64,000 bases of DNA, from NCBI RefSeq assembly GCF_009914755.1, contig NC_060933.1; one strand, given 5' to 3'. The DNA comes from the human T2T-CHM13v2.0 reference genome, Homo sapiens. This document shows, one piece after another, positions 15,140-28,888 of the stretch (position 1 is the stretch's first letter; every line of letters begins with the position of its first letter). The translations under genes were made by a program, and so were the position numbers. The notes under the pieces were generated by a model, which saw only the letters and a program-made list of their open reading frames with translations, was not told the DNA's origin and did not search any database.

Positions 15140-15860
15140 GCAGAGAATTGGAGAGAAGAATTCATCAACTGTTAATATTTTGCCATATTTGCTTATGTAT
15201 GTGTTTATCTGTATATATACATGTCTATCTAGGTACATTTTTTTCCTGCACCACATGAAAGTAAGTGATAAACATAACATTACACTACATACTTCAATAT
15301 ATGCTAAGGATAAAAACATTTATTTACCAAAACACAATTTTTCCACATATTAAAAATTATTAATTCACTAATATCGTTTAATACACAGTCTTGCATAATT
15401 TTCATTTGCCTGAAGAAAAAATGTTAAGTGTAGCCACTTATTTTAAGCTCAGAATCTAATCAATATTTACTCTTTGGGTTGGTTATATTTGCCTTTAGTC
15501 TGTTTTAATCTAGAAATATTATTCACTGAACTTTTAATTTGTTTTTAATAACATTAACTTTTTAAAAATAGTCCAAGTAGATTGCATTGTAGAGCATCCC
15601 ACATGCTGTATTTGTGTTTCCTCATGCTTAGATTTATGCAAAAGATTTTGGTAAGAACAATCTTCAGTTCTTATAAGTGCTTTGTACTGCTTTACAACCA
15701 GGGACTTTTAATGTCAGGTTGCTCCACTATTGATGTTGCCACATATTATCACTTGACTAAGGTGGTGACTCTCATATCTCCTTATTATAATGGTACGTGA
15801 TTAACTTTGTAATAGTAACTAATCAAATGGATGAAAAGATCATTCTTTGAGAAAGCTTTT
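15140..15860 (-). mobile_element. Ancient L1 (L1MC4/5-like) 3' fragment
   Basis: caactgttaatattttgccatatttgctt...ctgcaccacatgaaagtaag...tatcacttgactaaggtggtgac resembles L1MC4 3' sequence. Confidence 0.55.
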
Positions 15861-16323
15861 TTGGAAAAACCTTCTCTATATTTTGATAAAATAAGCTGTA
15901 GAATCCTGCAAATTATAAGAAGTGTAATGGTTATGTGAGATGAGGAATAGGGACAAGTCCTGATGTCATGTACTCCATTTGTGTTCTGGGTTGTTTGACC
16001 ATTTTATTATCTTAATAATCTTTAGGGGAGACTAATGTCAGAAAGATGGCTTAATAAAAGTTTCCAGCACTTGCCTTCTCACAGAAACATTAATTTGAAC
16101 GATCATCCTTGCAAAAAACTACCTTCAGAATAATTAAAGGATCAATGTGAGAGATCACTGGACCTGGAGGTGCACAAATAATAAAAGGCACATTGAAGAG
16201 AGTAGAAAGAAGAGTTTCACATTACTCATGAGATTCCTCCCTCAAGCTCACACAGTGCAGTATTGAGAGACATATCATCTGCATAAGGAAAGGAGAATGA
16301 AGTGAGAACCTGACTTTACCATG

Positions 16324-16425
16324 GACCCCAGTGCCAGGCCTGCCTCAGTGAACCCCAGAGTCAGACTGGTCCTTGCAGACCCAGTTTCCAGGCCAGCCTC
16401 TGTGGGTCTAGGTGCCAGGCCCATC
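16324..16425 (+). repeat. Degenerate 27-bp tandem repeat (4 units) in the L1 5' UTR
   Basis: Units start at 16324, 16351, 16378, 16405 (gaccccagtgccaggcctgcctcagtg-like). Confidence 0.75.
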
Positions 16426-19400
16426 AGCCCATTGACTGAGGAACCAGGCCATCCTACTCTCAGACTCCAGCAACAAGCCCATCATAGATCCTCCCAGCCA
16501 GTCTTCTCATAATCTGTGGGAGACGACTAGTGAAGGGCTTTCCCTATAAAGACTGAAAAAGGTGTCTACTTCTTTACATGCACAGACACCAATGCAAGAC
16601 CACAAGGATCATCAATAATCAAGAAAACATGACACAATCAAAAGAATGAAATAAAGCACAATTAACTGACCTTAAAAACAAACTGCCTAAGAATTAAAAA
16701 TAATGATTTTTAAGAAGCTCATGAACTACAAGAAAATACAAATAGACAATTAAATGTAATTTGAAAAATAATATGTAAATAAAATTAGAAGTTCAAAAAA
16801 GAGAAACCATAAAAAAGAACCAAACAGAAATTCTGGAGCTGAATAACCAATGGTTGAACTAAACTTTCCAGAAGTTCAACCTCAGACTCAAGAAGAAGAG
16901 AATCAGTGAGCTCGAAGGCAGTCCATTTAAAATTACCTAGTCAGAGGGGAAAAAAGAATAAGAAAGAGTGAAGAAAGTCTATGGGACTTATAGGACACCA
17001 TCAAGCAAATCAACATAGACACTACGGAATTTTCAAAAGAGCAGAAAAAAAAAGAGGACAGAAAGCTTATTTTAAAACATAATGACAGAAATCTACCCAG
17101 GATTACAGAAGGAAATGAACACTCAAGTTTATGAAGCAAAAAGAACCTCAAGTAAATGTATCATAAACAGATTTTCAATGAGAAACATTATAATCAAACT
17201 CTCAAAAATCAAAGACAAAGTGAGAATTTCAAAAGCATCAAGAGAACAGCAGCTCATCACACACAAAGGAACCTCTATAATACTATAAGTGAATTTCTCA
17301 GCAGAAACTGCAGGACAGGAGAGAATAGGATGGGATATTCAAAGTGCTGAAGGAAAAAGAAATCGTCAACTGAGAATACTCTACCCAGCAAAATTTTCCT
17401 TCAGATATAAAGGAGAAATAAGGGCTTTCCAAGATAAAAAAAAAAGCTGAGGGAGTTCATTACCATTTGAACAATCTTATAAAAAAGACTAAATGGAGTT
17501 CTTTATATTGAAAGAAAAGAATGCTAACTAACAACATAAAAACATTAAAAGTACAAAACTCACTGTAAAGGTAAGGATGTAGTAAAATTTAGAATGATCT
17601 GATATTGTAATGATGGTATATAAATCACTTTAACTGTAGCATAAAAGTTGAAAAACCAAAAGAATAAAAAATAACTATAGCCACAATAGTTTCTGAATGG
17701 ATACACAATATAAAAAGATATAACTTGTGACATCAATCACATAAAATGAGAAGGGAGGAAAAGTTAACATGTAGAGTTTTTTTTTTTTTAATGTGGTTGA
17801 AGTTCAGTTGTTGTCAGCTTAAAATAGACTGCTGTAACTATAAGGTGTTTTTGTAAGCCTCATGGTAACCACAAGGAAAAAGCCTGTATTAGACACATCA
17901 AAGATGGAAAAAGGATTCAAAGCATCCACTACAAAAATACATCAAATCACAAAAGAAGACAGCAAGAGGGGAAGAAAGAAACAAAGGAATGACAAAACAG
18001 TAAGAAAATTTTAACAAAGTAGTGATAGTACTTACATCTCTATAATTACTTTAAACAGGAAATGAATTAAATTCTCCAATCAAAAGACAGTGGCTGAATC
18101 AATAAAAAGCAAGATCTAACTATATTTTGCCTATAAAACCTACCTTACCTTTGAGGACATATTATCGAAAAAAGATACTCCATGCAAATGACAACAAAAA
18201 AAGAGTGGTGGTAGCTTTACTAATATCAGAAAACAATAACTTTAAGTCAAAATTGTCAAAAGAGACAAATAAGGTGATATATAATGATAAAAGGATAGGT
18301 CCATCAAGAGGATATAACAATTGTAAATATATGATGCACCCAACATCAGAGCACCCAAAGATATAAGAACTGAAGGGAGAATTGAACAGCAATATAGTAA
18401 TAGTAGAAGACTTCAGTACCTTATTTTTAACAATACATAGATCATCTGACAGAAAATCAATAAGGTACAGTAGACTAGAATAATATTATGGGCCACATGT
18501 ACGTAATGCACATATGTGGGACATTCCACCCAACAGCAGCAGAATGCACATTCTTTTCAAGTGCACATGGAATATTCTCCCAGATAGATTATATCTTAGG
18601 TGGCAAGCAAGTCTTAATGTATTTAAGAAGATTGAAATTATATCAAATATCTTTTGCAAACACAATGATATGAAACTAAAAACCAATAACAAAAGGAAAA
18701 TTAGAAAATTTACAAATATGCAAAAATTTAACCTCACACACCTGAACAACCAATGGGTCAAAGAGGAAATTAAAGGAAAAAATTTAAAAATAAGTTCGAC
18801 AAACAAAGAAATAAAAACAAAAATAGAAACACACTCTGCCAAATCTTATGGGATGCAGCAAAGTCAGTTTTGAGAGGGAAGTTTATATTGATGATAAACA
18901 GTTACATTAAGAAAAAAAAAGATCTCAGATAAACAATCTAACTTTATGCCTCAAAAAACTAAAAACAAAAGGAAAAAATTAAGCCCCAAATTACCAGAAG
19001 GAAGAAAATAATAGTTAGGGAAAAACACATGAAATAGAGACCAGAAAAACAATTAAAAAGATTAATAAAACTGAGTTTTCTTTTGAAAAAAGAGAATATT
19101 CAAATAAAATATAATGGAAAAGGAGACATTGCAACTAATGCCACAGTAATATAAAAATACAAAGTATTATAAGAGATTACTATGAACAACTATATGCCAA
19201 CAAATTGTAAAGCCTAGAAGAAATGGATTAATTCCTAGGAGCATACAACCTATACAAATTGAATAATGAAGAAATAGAAAATCTGAACAGACCAATAATG
19301 AGTAAAGAGATTGAATCAATAATAAAAATATCTCACAAGAATGAAAAGCCCAGGACCTGATGGCTTCACTGGTGAATCTAGAAAACATTTAAAGAAGAAT

Positions 19401-20941
19401 AAATACCAATTTTTCCCAAACTCTTCCAAAAAATTCAAGAGAAAGGAATACTTCCAAACTCATTTGATGAGGCAGCATTACCCTGAAACCAAAGGCAGAC
19501 AAGAACACCACAAGAGAAAAAACTTACAGGCCAGTATCCCTGATGAGCATAGATGCAAAACTCCTCAACAAAATATAAGCAAACAAAATTTAAAGGATTA
19601 TATAACATGATCAAGTGAAATTTAACCTTAGGATGCAAGGATGATTACACATATGCAAATCAATAAATGTAACACACCACATTAGCAGAATAAAGTATAA
19701 AAATCATACGATTATCTCAGTAAATACAGAAAGGGAACTTGACAAAACCCAACATTATTTCATAATTAAAAAAAATCTCAACAAACTTGCTGTACAAGAC
19801 ATAACCTCAACATAATAAAGACTTTGCGTGACAAACCCACAGTTAACATACTCATTGGTGAAAGTTGAAAGCTTTGCTTCTGAGATTAGGAACAAGACAA
19901 GGAAGCCCACTTTTGTCATTTCTAGTCAATATAGTACTGGAAGTCTTAGAATAGTTAGGTAAGAAAAAGACAAGAGTCATTCAAATAGGAAAGAAAGAAG
20001 TAAAATAGTCTCTTTTGCAAACAACATAATTTTATATATAGAAACCCTAAGGACACCACCAAAAATCTGTTAGAACGAATAAGTGAATTCAGTAGAATTA
20101 TAGGATACAAAACCAACATATGAAAATTAGTTAGCTGTGTTTTCATACATGAAAAACAAACTATCCAAAAAATAAAGAAAACAATTCCATTTACAGTAGC
20201 ATAAAAATACTTAGGAACAAGTTTAACCAAGGAAGTGAAAAATCTGTACAATAAAAATCAGAAAACATTGATGAAAAAGTTGAAGAAGACATAAATAAAT
20301 GTAAAGATATCCTGTATTCAAGAATTGGAAGAATTAATATGGTTAAAATGTCCATACAATCCAAAGCAATCTACAGATTCAATGGAATCCATATCAAAAT
20401 TTCAATGACATTTTCCAAAGAAATAGAAAAAAATCCTAAAATCTGTATGAAACCACAAATCCCTCAAATATACAAAGAAATCTTGAGTAAAAAGAACAAA
20501 GCTAGAGGCCACACACTACCTGATTTCAAAATATACTACAAAATTAAAATAATCAAAATAACATGGTACTAGCATTAAAGCAGTCATATACACCAATGAA
20601 ACAGAATAGAGAGCCCGGAAATAAACCCATGCATTTACAGTCAATTGATATTTGACAAAAGTGCCAAGAACACGCTTTGGGGCAAGGTTACAGTGCTCAA
20701 TTAATGGTGCTGGGAAAACTAGATATCTGCCTAAAAATAATAAACTGGAACACTTTTGTCAAACCCATATATAAAAAGTCAACTCAAAATGGATCAAATA
20801 CTTGAATGTAGGACCTGAAACTAAAACTACTAGAAGAAAACCTGGAGAAAAGCTCCATGACATTGGTTTGGACAAAGATTTGTTGGGTATAACCTTAAAA
20901 GCACCTTCAAAAAAAGTAAAAATAGACAAATTGAATTACAT

Positions 20942-21016
20942 CGATACAAACAGGAGATAGGGAAATACTGGGGAGAAGACAGTGGTTCCCCAGCAAATGC
21001 CCCACCCTCAAGCCTG
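20942..21016 (+). mobile_element. 5' end of an ERV1 LTR (LTR1-like) embedded in L1 ORF2
   Basis: cgatacaaacaggagatagggaaatactggggagaagacagtggttccccagcaaatgccccaccctcaagcctg resembles the LTR1 start; L1 resumes at atgggcaaagg with intervening ORF2 sequence missing. Confidence 0.7.
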
Positions 21017-22304
21017 ATGGGCAAAGGGCCTGAATAGACATTTCTCAAAAAAAGACATCCAAATGGCCAACAGATATGTGAAAAAATGCCTAACATTACT
21101 AATCATTGGGAAAATGCAAATCAAAACCACAGTGAGATACTGCCTCACACCCGTTAGGATGGCTATCATAAGAAAGACAAAAGATTACAAGTAGTGGTGA
21201 GGGTGTGAAGAAAAGGGAAACCCTAGAATATAAATTGAGGTGGCCATTATGGAAAACAGTATGGAGGATCCTTAAAAAATTAAAAATACACCTACCTTAT
21301 AATTCAGCAATCTCACTTCTGGGTATATATTTAAAGTAAATGAAATCAGTGTGCAAAAGAATTATCTGCACTCCCATGTTCATTGCAGCATTATTCATAA
21401 TAGTCAACATATGGAATCAACCTATGTGCCAGTCAATAGATGAATGGAAAATGAAAATGTAGTATGTATACAATAGAATATTATTCAGCCTCAAAAAAAA
21501 AAAAAGAAGAAAGAAATCCTGTCATTTGTGACAACATGGAAGAACCTAGAGGACATTCTGCTAAGCAAAATAAGCCAGGCACAGAAAGACAGATACCGCA
21601 TGGCCCCACTTATATGTAGAATTGAAAAGAGTAGAGCACATAGAAGAAAAGAGTAGAATGGTGGTTGCCAAGGACTGAGGGGGTGGGGAAATAAGGAGAT
21701 GTTGGTCAAAGGGTTTCAGTTATGCAGGATAAATAATGTGTAGAGCTAATGTGTAGCATGGTGACTATAATTGATAATAATATATTGCATAATGGAAATT
21801 TGCTAAGAGAGTTCATCTTAAATGCTGTTACCACACCAAAAAATGGTAGCCTTGTTAGGTGATGGATATGTTAATTACCTTAATAGTGGTAATAATTTCA
21901 CAATGTATACATATATCAAAACATCACATTAAATATATACGTAATGTCCCTTGACTTTTGAAGACAGCTATGATAGATCTCTTGAGTTTATTAAAAAAAA
22001 AAAACATGACATATCCATTCCCCAGTCATCCTGGGCCAATGAGTAGCCTGTGGTGGGGTAGCATGAAAAGTTGCACTATAACCAATCCCAACATAGCCAA
22101 ATACCTTAGTGTATAAAAGGAAATCAGTTGACTCGTTTTATTCCATATATATTAGAAAGCTGGATTTTAGAAATTATTCTTTTTAGAAAATAATGTATCA
22201 ACATCAGGGGAAGTAAAACAAATAATCCACATTTATATTATCTAGTCTCAAAAGCACAAATGTTCTTATGTGCTCAGTGTCCTCACTAGGAAGAAGGAAT
22301 ATGT

Positions 22305-22486
22305 GGAGTTAGAAGAGCTGAGTGTGTGTGACAGTGAACAAGTTCTGGGTTACTTTTACTACTATTTGCTTAAAAAACAGAAATAATGTTGGTTATATCA
22401 CAGGGTTGTTATAAAAATTAAATGAGATAGTGTGCTTGATGGGCATAACATAGTGCTTGATTATGTCCTGGAAAGTGTTCACTGAA
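22305..22486 (+). mobile_element. MIR fragment
   Basis: atatcacagggttgttataaaaattaaatgagatagtgtgc...catagtgcttg. Confidence 0.65.
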
Positions 22487-22785
22487 TTATTTTTATTTTT
22501 GGTTTCAAGATGGGGTCTCACTCTGTTGACTAGGCTGGAGTGCAGTAGCACAATCACAGCCCACTGCAACCTCAAAGTGCTAGGCTCAAGCCATGCTCCT
22601 TCCTCAGCCTCTGGAGTATCTAGGATTACAGGTGTGTGCCACCATGCCTGGGTAATTTTGTGCATGTGTAGAAATGGGGCTCTGACTATGTCCCCCAGGT
22701 TGGTCTTGAATGCCTGGCCTCAAGTAATCTTCCTGCCTCTCCCTCCCAAAGGGTTAGGATTACAGGTGTGAGCCACCACACACAG
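22487..22785 (-). mobile_element. AluJ (diverged)
   Basis: Dimer; cacaatcacagcccactgcaacctc...gctcaagccatgctcct; gactatgtcccccaggttggtcttgaa. Confidence 0.88.
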
Positions 22786-23379
22786 ATTTTTTTTTTCTAA
22801 TATCACTGTTTTTATGGTAAAAATACACCAATCTTTACAAAACTGGAAAAAGAATGAGCATGAAATTTTAAGAAGATATTAATATTTTTCCTGTTTCAAA
22901 TATAGGCTTACATTTTATTATAAGCAGTAAATTTGGCACTTCCTGTGTCTTAATTTGGCTTATTGAATAGCTAATAAGTATTGTAAGACCAAATTTCAAA
23001 ACAATCTGCATTGTAGTTTATCTAACTTACACATGGCCGCATGCATCGTTCTATGTTCCCATCTTCACAACAAGATTAATAATGCCTTGTTTTTTAAACA
23101 ACTGTGGAAATATCAGGAATGGTAATTCCATTTTAGAAAAAAATAAGCTATTAAGAGTGGCTACTTTTCTAAACAAATAGAAAATTGCTATTTACTTCTT
23201 AGAAAATACAACAAGGAGTCAAAACAAAGCTGAACTGTGCAATTTAATATCCATGTTCAAAAGAGATTGGTATTTTGGATTCTTTGAATAGTGACTAGCC
23301 TTCCAAACAAAATAGTGTTTAGGGATTCTTGACAGTTTTGGAAATTTATATTCTAAGTGGCTTACAGTAAAAAATATGA

Positions 23380-23900
23380 ATCCAGGGTGTATTTCATCTG
23401 AATTAATCTTTTGGAAGTGATGGCACGATATGCAGATGAGCGAGAAGATATAGGCAGAGGAGCCTGGGTTGCAGTGGTAGTGCTGCCACCATGGTTGCTG
23501 ATTGAGAGATAAGGGAAACAAACGGGTCTTTCTTCCACTGAACTCATGGGGCTGGGCGGAACAAAGAAAGGAAATTTTTTTTTTTCACCTTTCCCTCCTG
23601 TTTCACATTCTTTCTGACCTGTGCCCAAGGATATCAGTGCTTAAACATATTAAGATACAGACATCAAGACTGACATCTCAACGTCGTTATCTTCACCAGC
23701 AAGCAAAGCCAGATGACATCAGTGGTGTGGCTACACCCAAAGCATGTGGGACCGTATCTCCTGGTGTCATCAGAAAGTGTCAGAACTTTGCGGTAGTTAT
23801 TTGTTGAAGCATTAGGGAAGAGGCATATGAGTTATTCCTACTATTATCTTGCAAATTGATTGCTTATGAAAACGTTGATGGCATGATCTGCATGTGTACC
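23380..23900. promoter_or_regulatory. Candidate regulatory block
   Basis: Unique sequence with CAGATG, AGATAAG, AAACAAAC, GGGCGG, TGACATCA and ~8 CpGs; perfect Kozak GCCACCATGG at 23485. Confidence 0.25.
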
Positions 23901-24342
23901 TGAATAATGCTAAAGAGGCTGCTGCTTTGAAAGTTCCAGAGGCATCCTCTGACTGCTACTGAGATATCCAAAGGAATACATGTGGGGTATTAACATTATT
24001 GATAATGATGGTGACATTTTTAATCAAAATTTTTTACCTAACCCACGTACTTGTCAATTAATGGAGGAAATTCCATGTGTGGGAAATGTTAGGATTTCAG
24101 ATTTTGTAGTAATATGGATAATTATTGTGAATATGATACATAGAAATGTATATAGTAATCACATTTGGAAGTAGTTGAGAAATTGTTCAAGGCACTGATC
24201 TAGTGATTCTCTAAGTCAAGGGTAAGTTGGAAAATTGAGTTTAGCTTTGAAAATCTTTTTGATTTTGTTGGTGCTGTGGAGTATGGGGCCTTGGTTTATA
24301 TAGAAAACCACCAGCAGGTTAAGTAGTAAAATCTGGGGCATT

Positions 24343-24853
24343 ATATCAACTAGCTTTTGCTAGATAAGAGTACCCCAAAACTTAAATGCTTAAGACAATA
24401 ACAACTAATTATTTGGCTCATAATCTGTGGGTCAGAAGTTTGGACTGGGCTTCACCGGGTGGTTCTTCTGCTTTTGGGGTCAGCTCTGTCACACGTTTAT
24501 ATTCAGCTGCTTGGTTAGCTGAGTTGGCTCCTGAGGATGGCCTTTAGCTGTGACAGTTAACTCCTGTACACAGTGTCTCATCCTCCAGCAGGGTAGCTCA
24601 GGTTTCTCACAAGGCAGATGGGCAAGTTTCCAAAACGGCAAGCAAACATGTATGTGACGTGTTATGGTCTCGGCTTGGAAGAAGCACAACATCCCTTTTA
24701 CCCCATGTTATTCACCAGAGAAAATCACAAGTCTATTTCAGATTCAAGGAGTGTGAAACTAGACTCCACCTCAAAATGGAAAACACCACAAAGTTACATT
24801 GTAAAGACTGTGGCTTAGGAAGGGAAATATTGTGGCCATTTTTATAGCCTATC
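24343..24853 (-). mobile_element. MaLR LTR (MLT1H/G-like)
   Basis: ccccaaaacttaaatgcttaagacaataac...atctgtgggtcagaagtttggactgggct...tctcatcctccagcagggtagc...cagattcaaggag...tagactccacctc. Confidence 0.75.
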
Positions 24854-24922
24854 AAAGGCCTCCTTCAGGTGACTGAAGTTTAGTTTGGTCTGTGTTACCC
24901 AGGCTCTTTTCATTTCTATTAA

Positions 24923-25267
<345 letters not shown>

Positions 25268-26394
25268 TAACTTTATTCTAATGATCTCCCAGGAATGGGG
25301 AAATACTAGTGATCTAATATTGATCTCTAACAAAATCAATTAATGGATGTAGAGGTCATGTCCTTTGAGGTAGTATAAATCAGTTCCATGAGTTAGATAT
25401 TTTGGAACAATCAAGAGTTTCAAGATGGCTCCAGAAATTGGAAGGATCAAAAACAAATAGTTAAACTGTAGCTGAAGCCAGCTGGTGCTCTTGGGCAGTG
25501 GGGATGAGCTGAGCAAGTGGTAATATATTCAGAAATATGAGTTGGGCTGGATATTGCCATGCATGATTCTCTTTTGAATCTGTACAAAATGATTCATGCT
25601 CATTTTTTATTTTTAATTTTGCCTGCAAGCTAGGTAAAATAAAAAGCAGTGAAATGTAATGTTTTGAAATAATCCCATAGTTTTCAAGTGCTCTTGAGCA
25701 ATAGAAAGCAACAGGGCTCCATGTGCTTTTCTCCACAGACTTAATACTTATTGTTTATGCTGCCTAGAACAGTTTTCTTTAATTGATACTTGGCTTGATA
25801 TCCTTTTAAATTATTAAAAATTGGAGGCACTCATTAAATAAGAGATTAAAAGACATGGTAGACACAGCTAATTATTAAAGGCCCAAGAAGGGACATGAAA
25901 CGCATTTTATCTGAGGCTTTAGTGGATTGTTAAAGTAAATGAATGGTTTAGTGATAAACCAGTCAGAGTTAATCAATTGAGAAAAACGATAGGGAAGCTA
26001 TTTGAGTCCAGATTTGAAGGGTTTATAAGTAATCATAGAGACTTACAGCTGCTCCCTACTTCTTTAATTTTAGACTCTTGAGCTGCTAATTGGTCAGGAA
26101 ATTGGGTCTAAGCTCCAGAGTGGTAACTAGAGGAAGGCGGCTTAGGGGTCTTTGTGGGGAAGGTCTGCATGGCTAACCATTAGCAGATCAGAAGCTAGAG
26201 AGAATTCTTTTGTGGCACATTGTGATTTAAAGGCTGTCATCATTCTAGAGACAAAGCTCTGAGGAGGCCTATTTTCAACTTCTTCACTTCCTGAGCTTCT
26301 CAACCTCTCAACTGCTCCCTTAATTTCCAAATAATGAGCAGTGTATTATTTTTGCCTGCTTACTAAGATGGAATGTTGGTTGTTGACATAGCCA

Positions 26395-26670
26395 CTGCTG
26401 GCCAGTGAGATTAGTAACATGATACAGAGATTTTCACCACTTAGAAGTCACTGGCTCAACATGGCTCAGATAGGTAATGACTTAAAGTTATTCTGACCTG
26501 ACAGCTGTTTAGAGGCCCATTTGAAGTGAACTATTTCTCAGTTCGCTTCCAGACAGGGGACACGTTGCTGCTGTGGATTGCAAATGTCATCTCTGTTGGA
26601 ATCTTACATAGCAGTAAGGCTCAGTGTTGAGTCATCATCACCAAGGCTAAAATAACATGTTCCCTAGAAT
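26395..26670 (+). mobile_element. Probable LF-SINE (LFSINE_Vert) copy
   Basis: Colinear blocks matching my recollection of the consensus: GATT(A/G)GTAA, GATACAGAG, TTTCACC, GTCACTGG, GGTA(A/G)TGAC, AAAGT, CTGAC(A/G)GCTGTT, GGCCyATkTGAArTGA, TCTCAGT, TGTTGG, CCCTAGA. Confidence 0.75.
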
Positions 26671-27462
26671 TAGGAACATTTGGCTGGCTTTTGTGTAAAG
26701 GTTTTGAGCCCTGTGGAAAAATAATATTGAGTTAGTTTCTCCCCAGAGTCAGAGTCACTCTACTTACAAGCTTAATACCAGTAACTAGTTCAACACACCA
26801 GGGCACCATTTAATGCATTACCAACAATCCACCGAATCTTCAAAGAAGATACATTTAATGTCCTGTCCTTGGGCCTTCAACAATTAGCCACATCTACCAT
26901 GCTTTTTAATCACTTATTTAATGAACATCTCTGATTAGAAATAAGTGTCTGCCAGCCACCTAAGGAGTGATTTAGGCACTAGAAAAGATAGGGTTCAGAG
27001 GTTTTAAATCACCAAGGACTCAGTAATTTCCAGCTTCATAAAATTCATGTTGAAAATGCACATAGTTCAAAGAAAACAGCCTAAGCAGATTGCAACAGAA
27101 AGCGTGAGAGTAGAATGGGATGGTAATTAGGGAAATGGAATATGACACATTAGTTAATAATAAAACTTTGTTTAAAAACTGCTTGCATTTAAAGTGGCTA
27201 TGACAGAAGGACATACTCCAGCTACAGAGTTTCTAGTCTTTGAGTGTAGCTCTTCTAATCGTGTGCCTGCCTTTACATCAAGGAGTCTAAAACACTTTTT
27301 GCGACATAACGTCTCTTTTCACTGTTTGGTGATTGTGATTATATCCAATGCATGTCTATTGTAAGAAACATAATAACTTGTTTCTGATTTTATATTAAAC
27401 TTAGTGCTGATGTTACTGCAAAGTATGCAAAGACATTCACCTGTGAGGTTAATTTCTTATGT

Positions 27463-27501
27463 TTAATCTTTCTAAATTATAATTAATCTTTCTAAATTAT
27501 A
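27463..27501. repeat. Tandem duplication, period 20
   Basis: ttaatctttctaaattata at 27463 and 27483. Confidence 0.9.
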
Positions 27502-27949
27502 CTCTTTCAAATCTTATTATGTATTCTCTTTTATGTATTCCTGTCATACCTTCACAGCTAATCTGTACTTCCTTGGAAAGCAGTGCACATATTTTTTTTC
27601 TTGCCTTTATACACCCTCACGCTGCTTATCCACCTTCACACCCGGCACACATGTGCTGAGAATATGGTCAGTGGCTGATGAATGAATTTTTAAAGTCACT
27701 TTTGAGCTCCTTTGGACATAGGATTAAATTACTGTCATGACTATTATTGCTATTTGCCACACAGCCCTAAGTTTAAGGCAGGAGCAAGAGACTATGATTC
27801 TTCTCAACCTCCACCCATCCTATTTATGGACACAAGGCGTTGGTATAGAAAGCGTGTGCCCTGAGAGTTCTCAACCTGTCGTGTTTTGGGAATCTTCTGG
27901 CTTCTTAAGGTTCGGAGAACTCATAAACTGGTATAAAAATTTTGTGAGG

Positions 27950-28218
<269 letters not shown>

Positions 28219-28769
28219 CTAAACATCGTACAAAATGAGTGCTTTAAACAGAGACTCATAGAGAAGCCAAAGGAATGAGGATATAGAGACCTCATTTTAG
28301 TCATACTGCTTTCCCTAGGGAAGCAGATAATTTCCTCATTTATTTTGTTCCTTCTTTATTCAATACCTGTGCTGCAGCTGGGATTCTATGCTGTGCTGAA
28401 TGTAGAGTCCTGTGTCTTTTGATGTCACCCTCATCTTGTGATGCAATGATGTTTAAGATATTTCTGTCTTTTATTATCTGTGTAAACAGGATGTTTTCAA
28501 TTTTCTTTTCTCTGGACTTCTATTCATCTTTTTCTCTTCCCTCCCACCCACCAGAAACCAAATTAGAACATAAAGACTTCTATTCATCCTTCAAAACTTT
28601 TCTCATACTTTATTTTCTTTGCAATACCTTTCCCCAGCGCTAATCAACAATTGTTCATTGACTTGCCTGTGTTCTAATAAAACTTTGGTTTTGGCTTTGC
28701 TATTGTAAAGTATCATTGACTCACAAATGTGTGCTTCTTTTACTACTACATGAACTTTTGGGTGGCAAA

Positions 28770-28888
28770 AATGATGTCTGTAATTGTCATTGTATCAGTG
28801 CTGCACTCTCTATTCTCTTCCTTCCCAGTGCCAGGGATATATACAGAGCCACGCAGTACTCAATAAGCATTGTGAAATGTACTGAATT
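28770..28888 (+). mobile_element. L2 3' end fragment
   Basis: ccagtgccaggg...gcagtactcaataagcattgtgaaatg. Confidence 0.4.

Larger units (their letters stand above)
16027..21940 (+). mobile_element. Near-full-length (~5.9 kb) old L1, L1MA8/L1MA9-like, defective
   Basis: 5' end with aagatggc and a 27-bp tandem array; ORF1 remnant ~16600-17510 (ORF 17082 RNIIIKLSKIKDKVRISKASREQ); ORF2 remnants: EN (18488 FHPTAAECTFFSSAHGIFSQIDYILG), KSPGPDGFTGE (19341), KAIYRFN...TLPDFKIYYK (20339); 3' UTR gagatgttggtcaaaggg...gaaatttgctaagagag...ggtgatggatatgttaatta. Confidence 0.92.

Noticed and set aside
16321-16512. ORF with a 9-aa periodic repeat (DPSARPASV / DPVSRPASV)
   Set aside because: Translation of the 27-bp tandem repeat in the L1 5' UTR.
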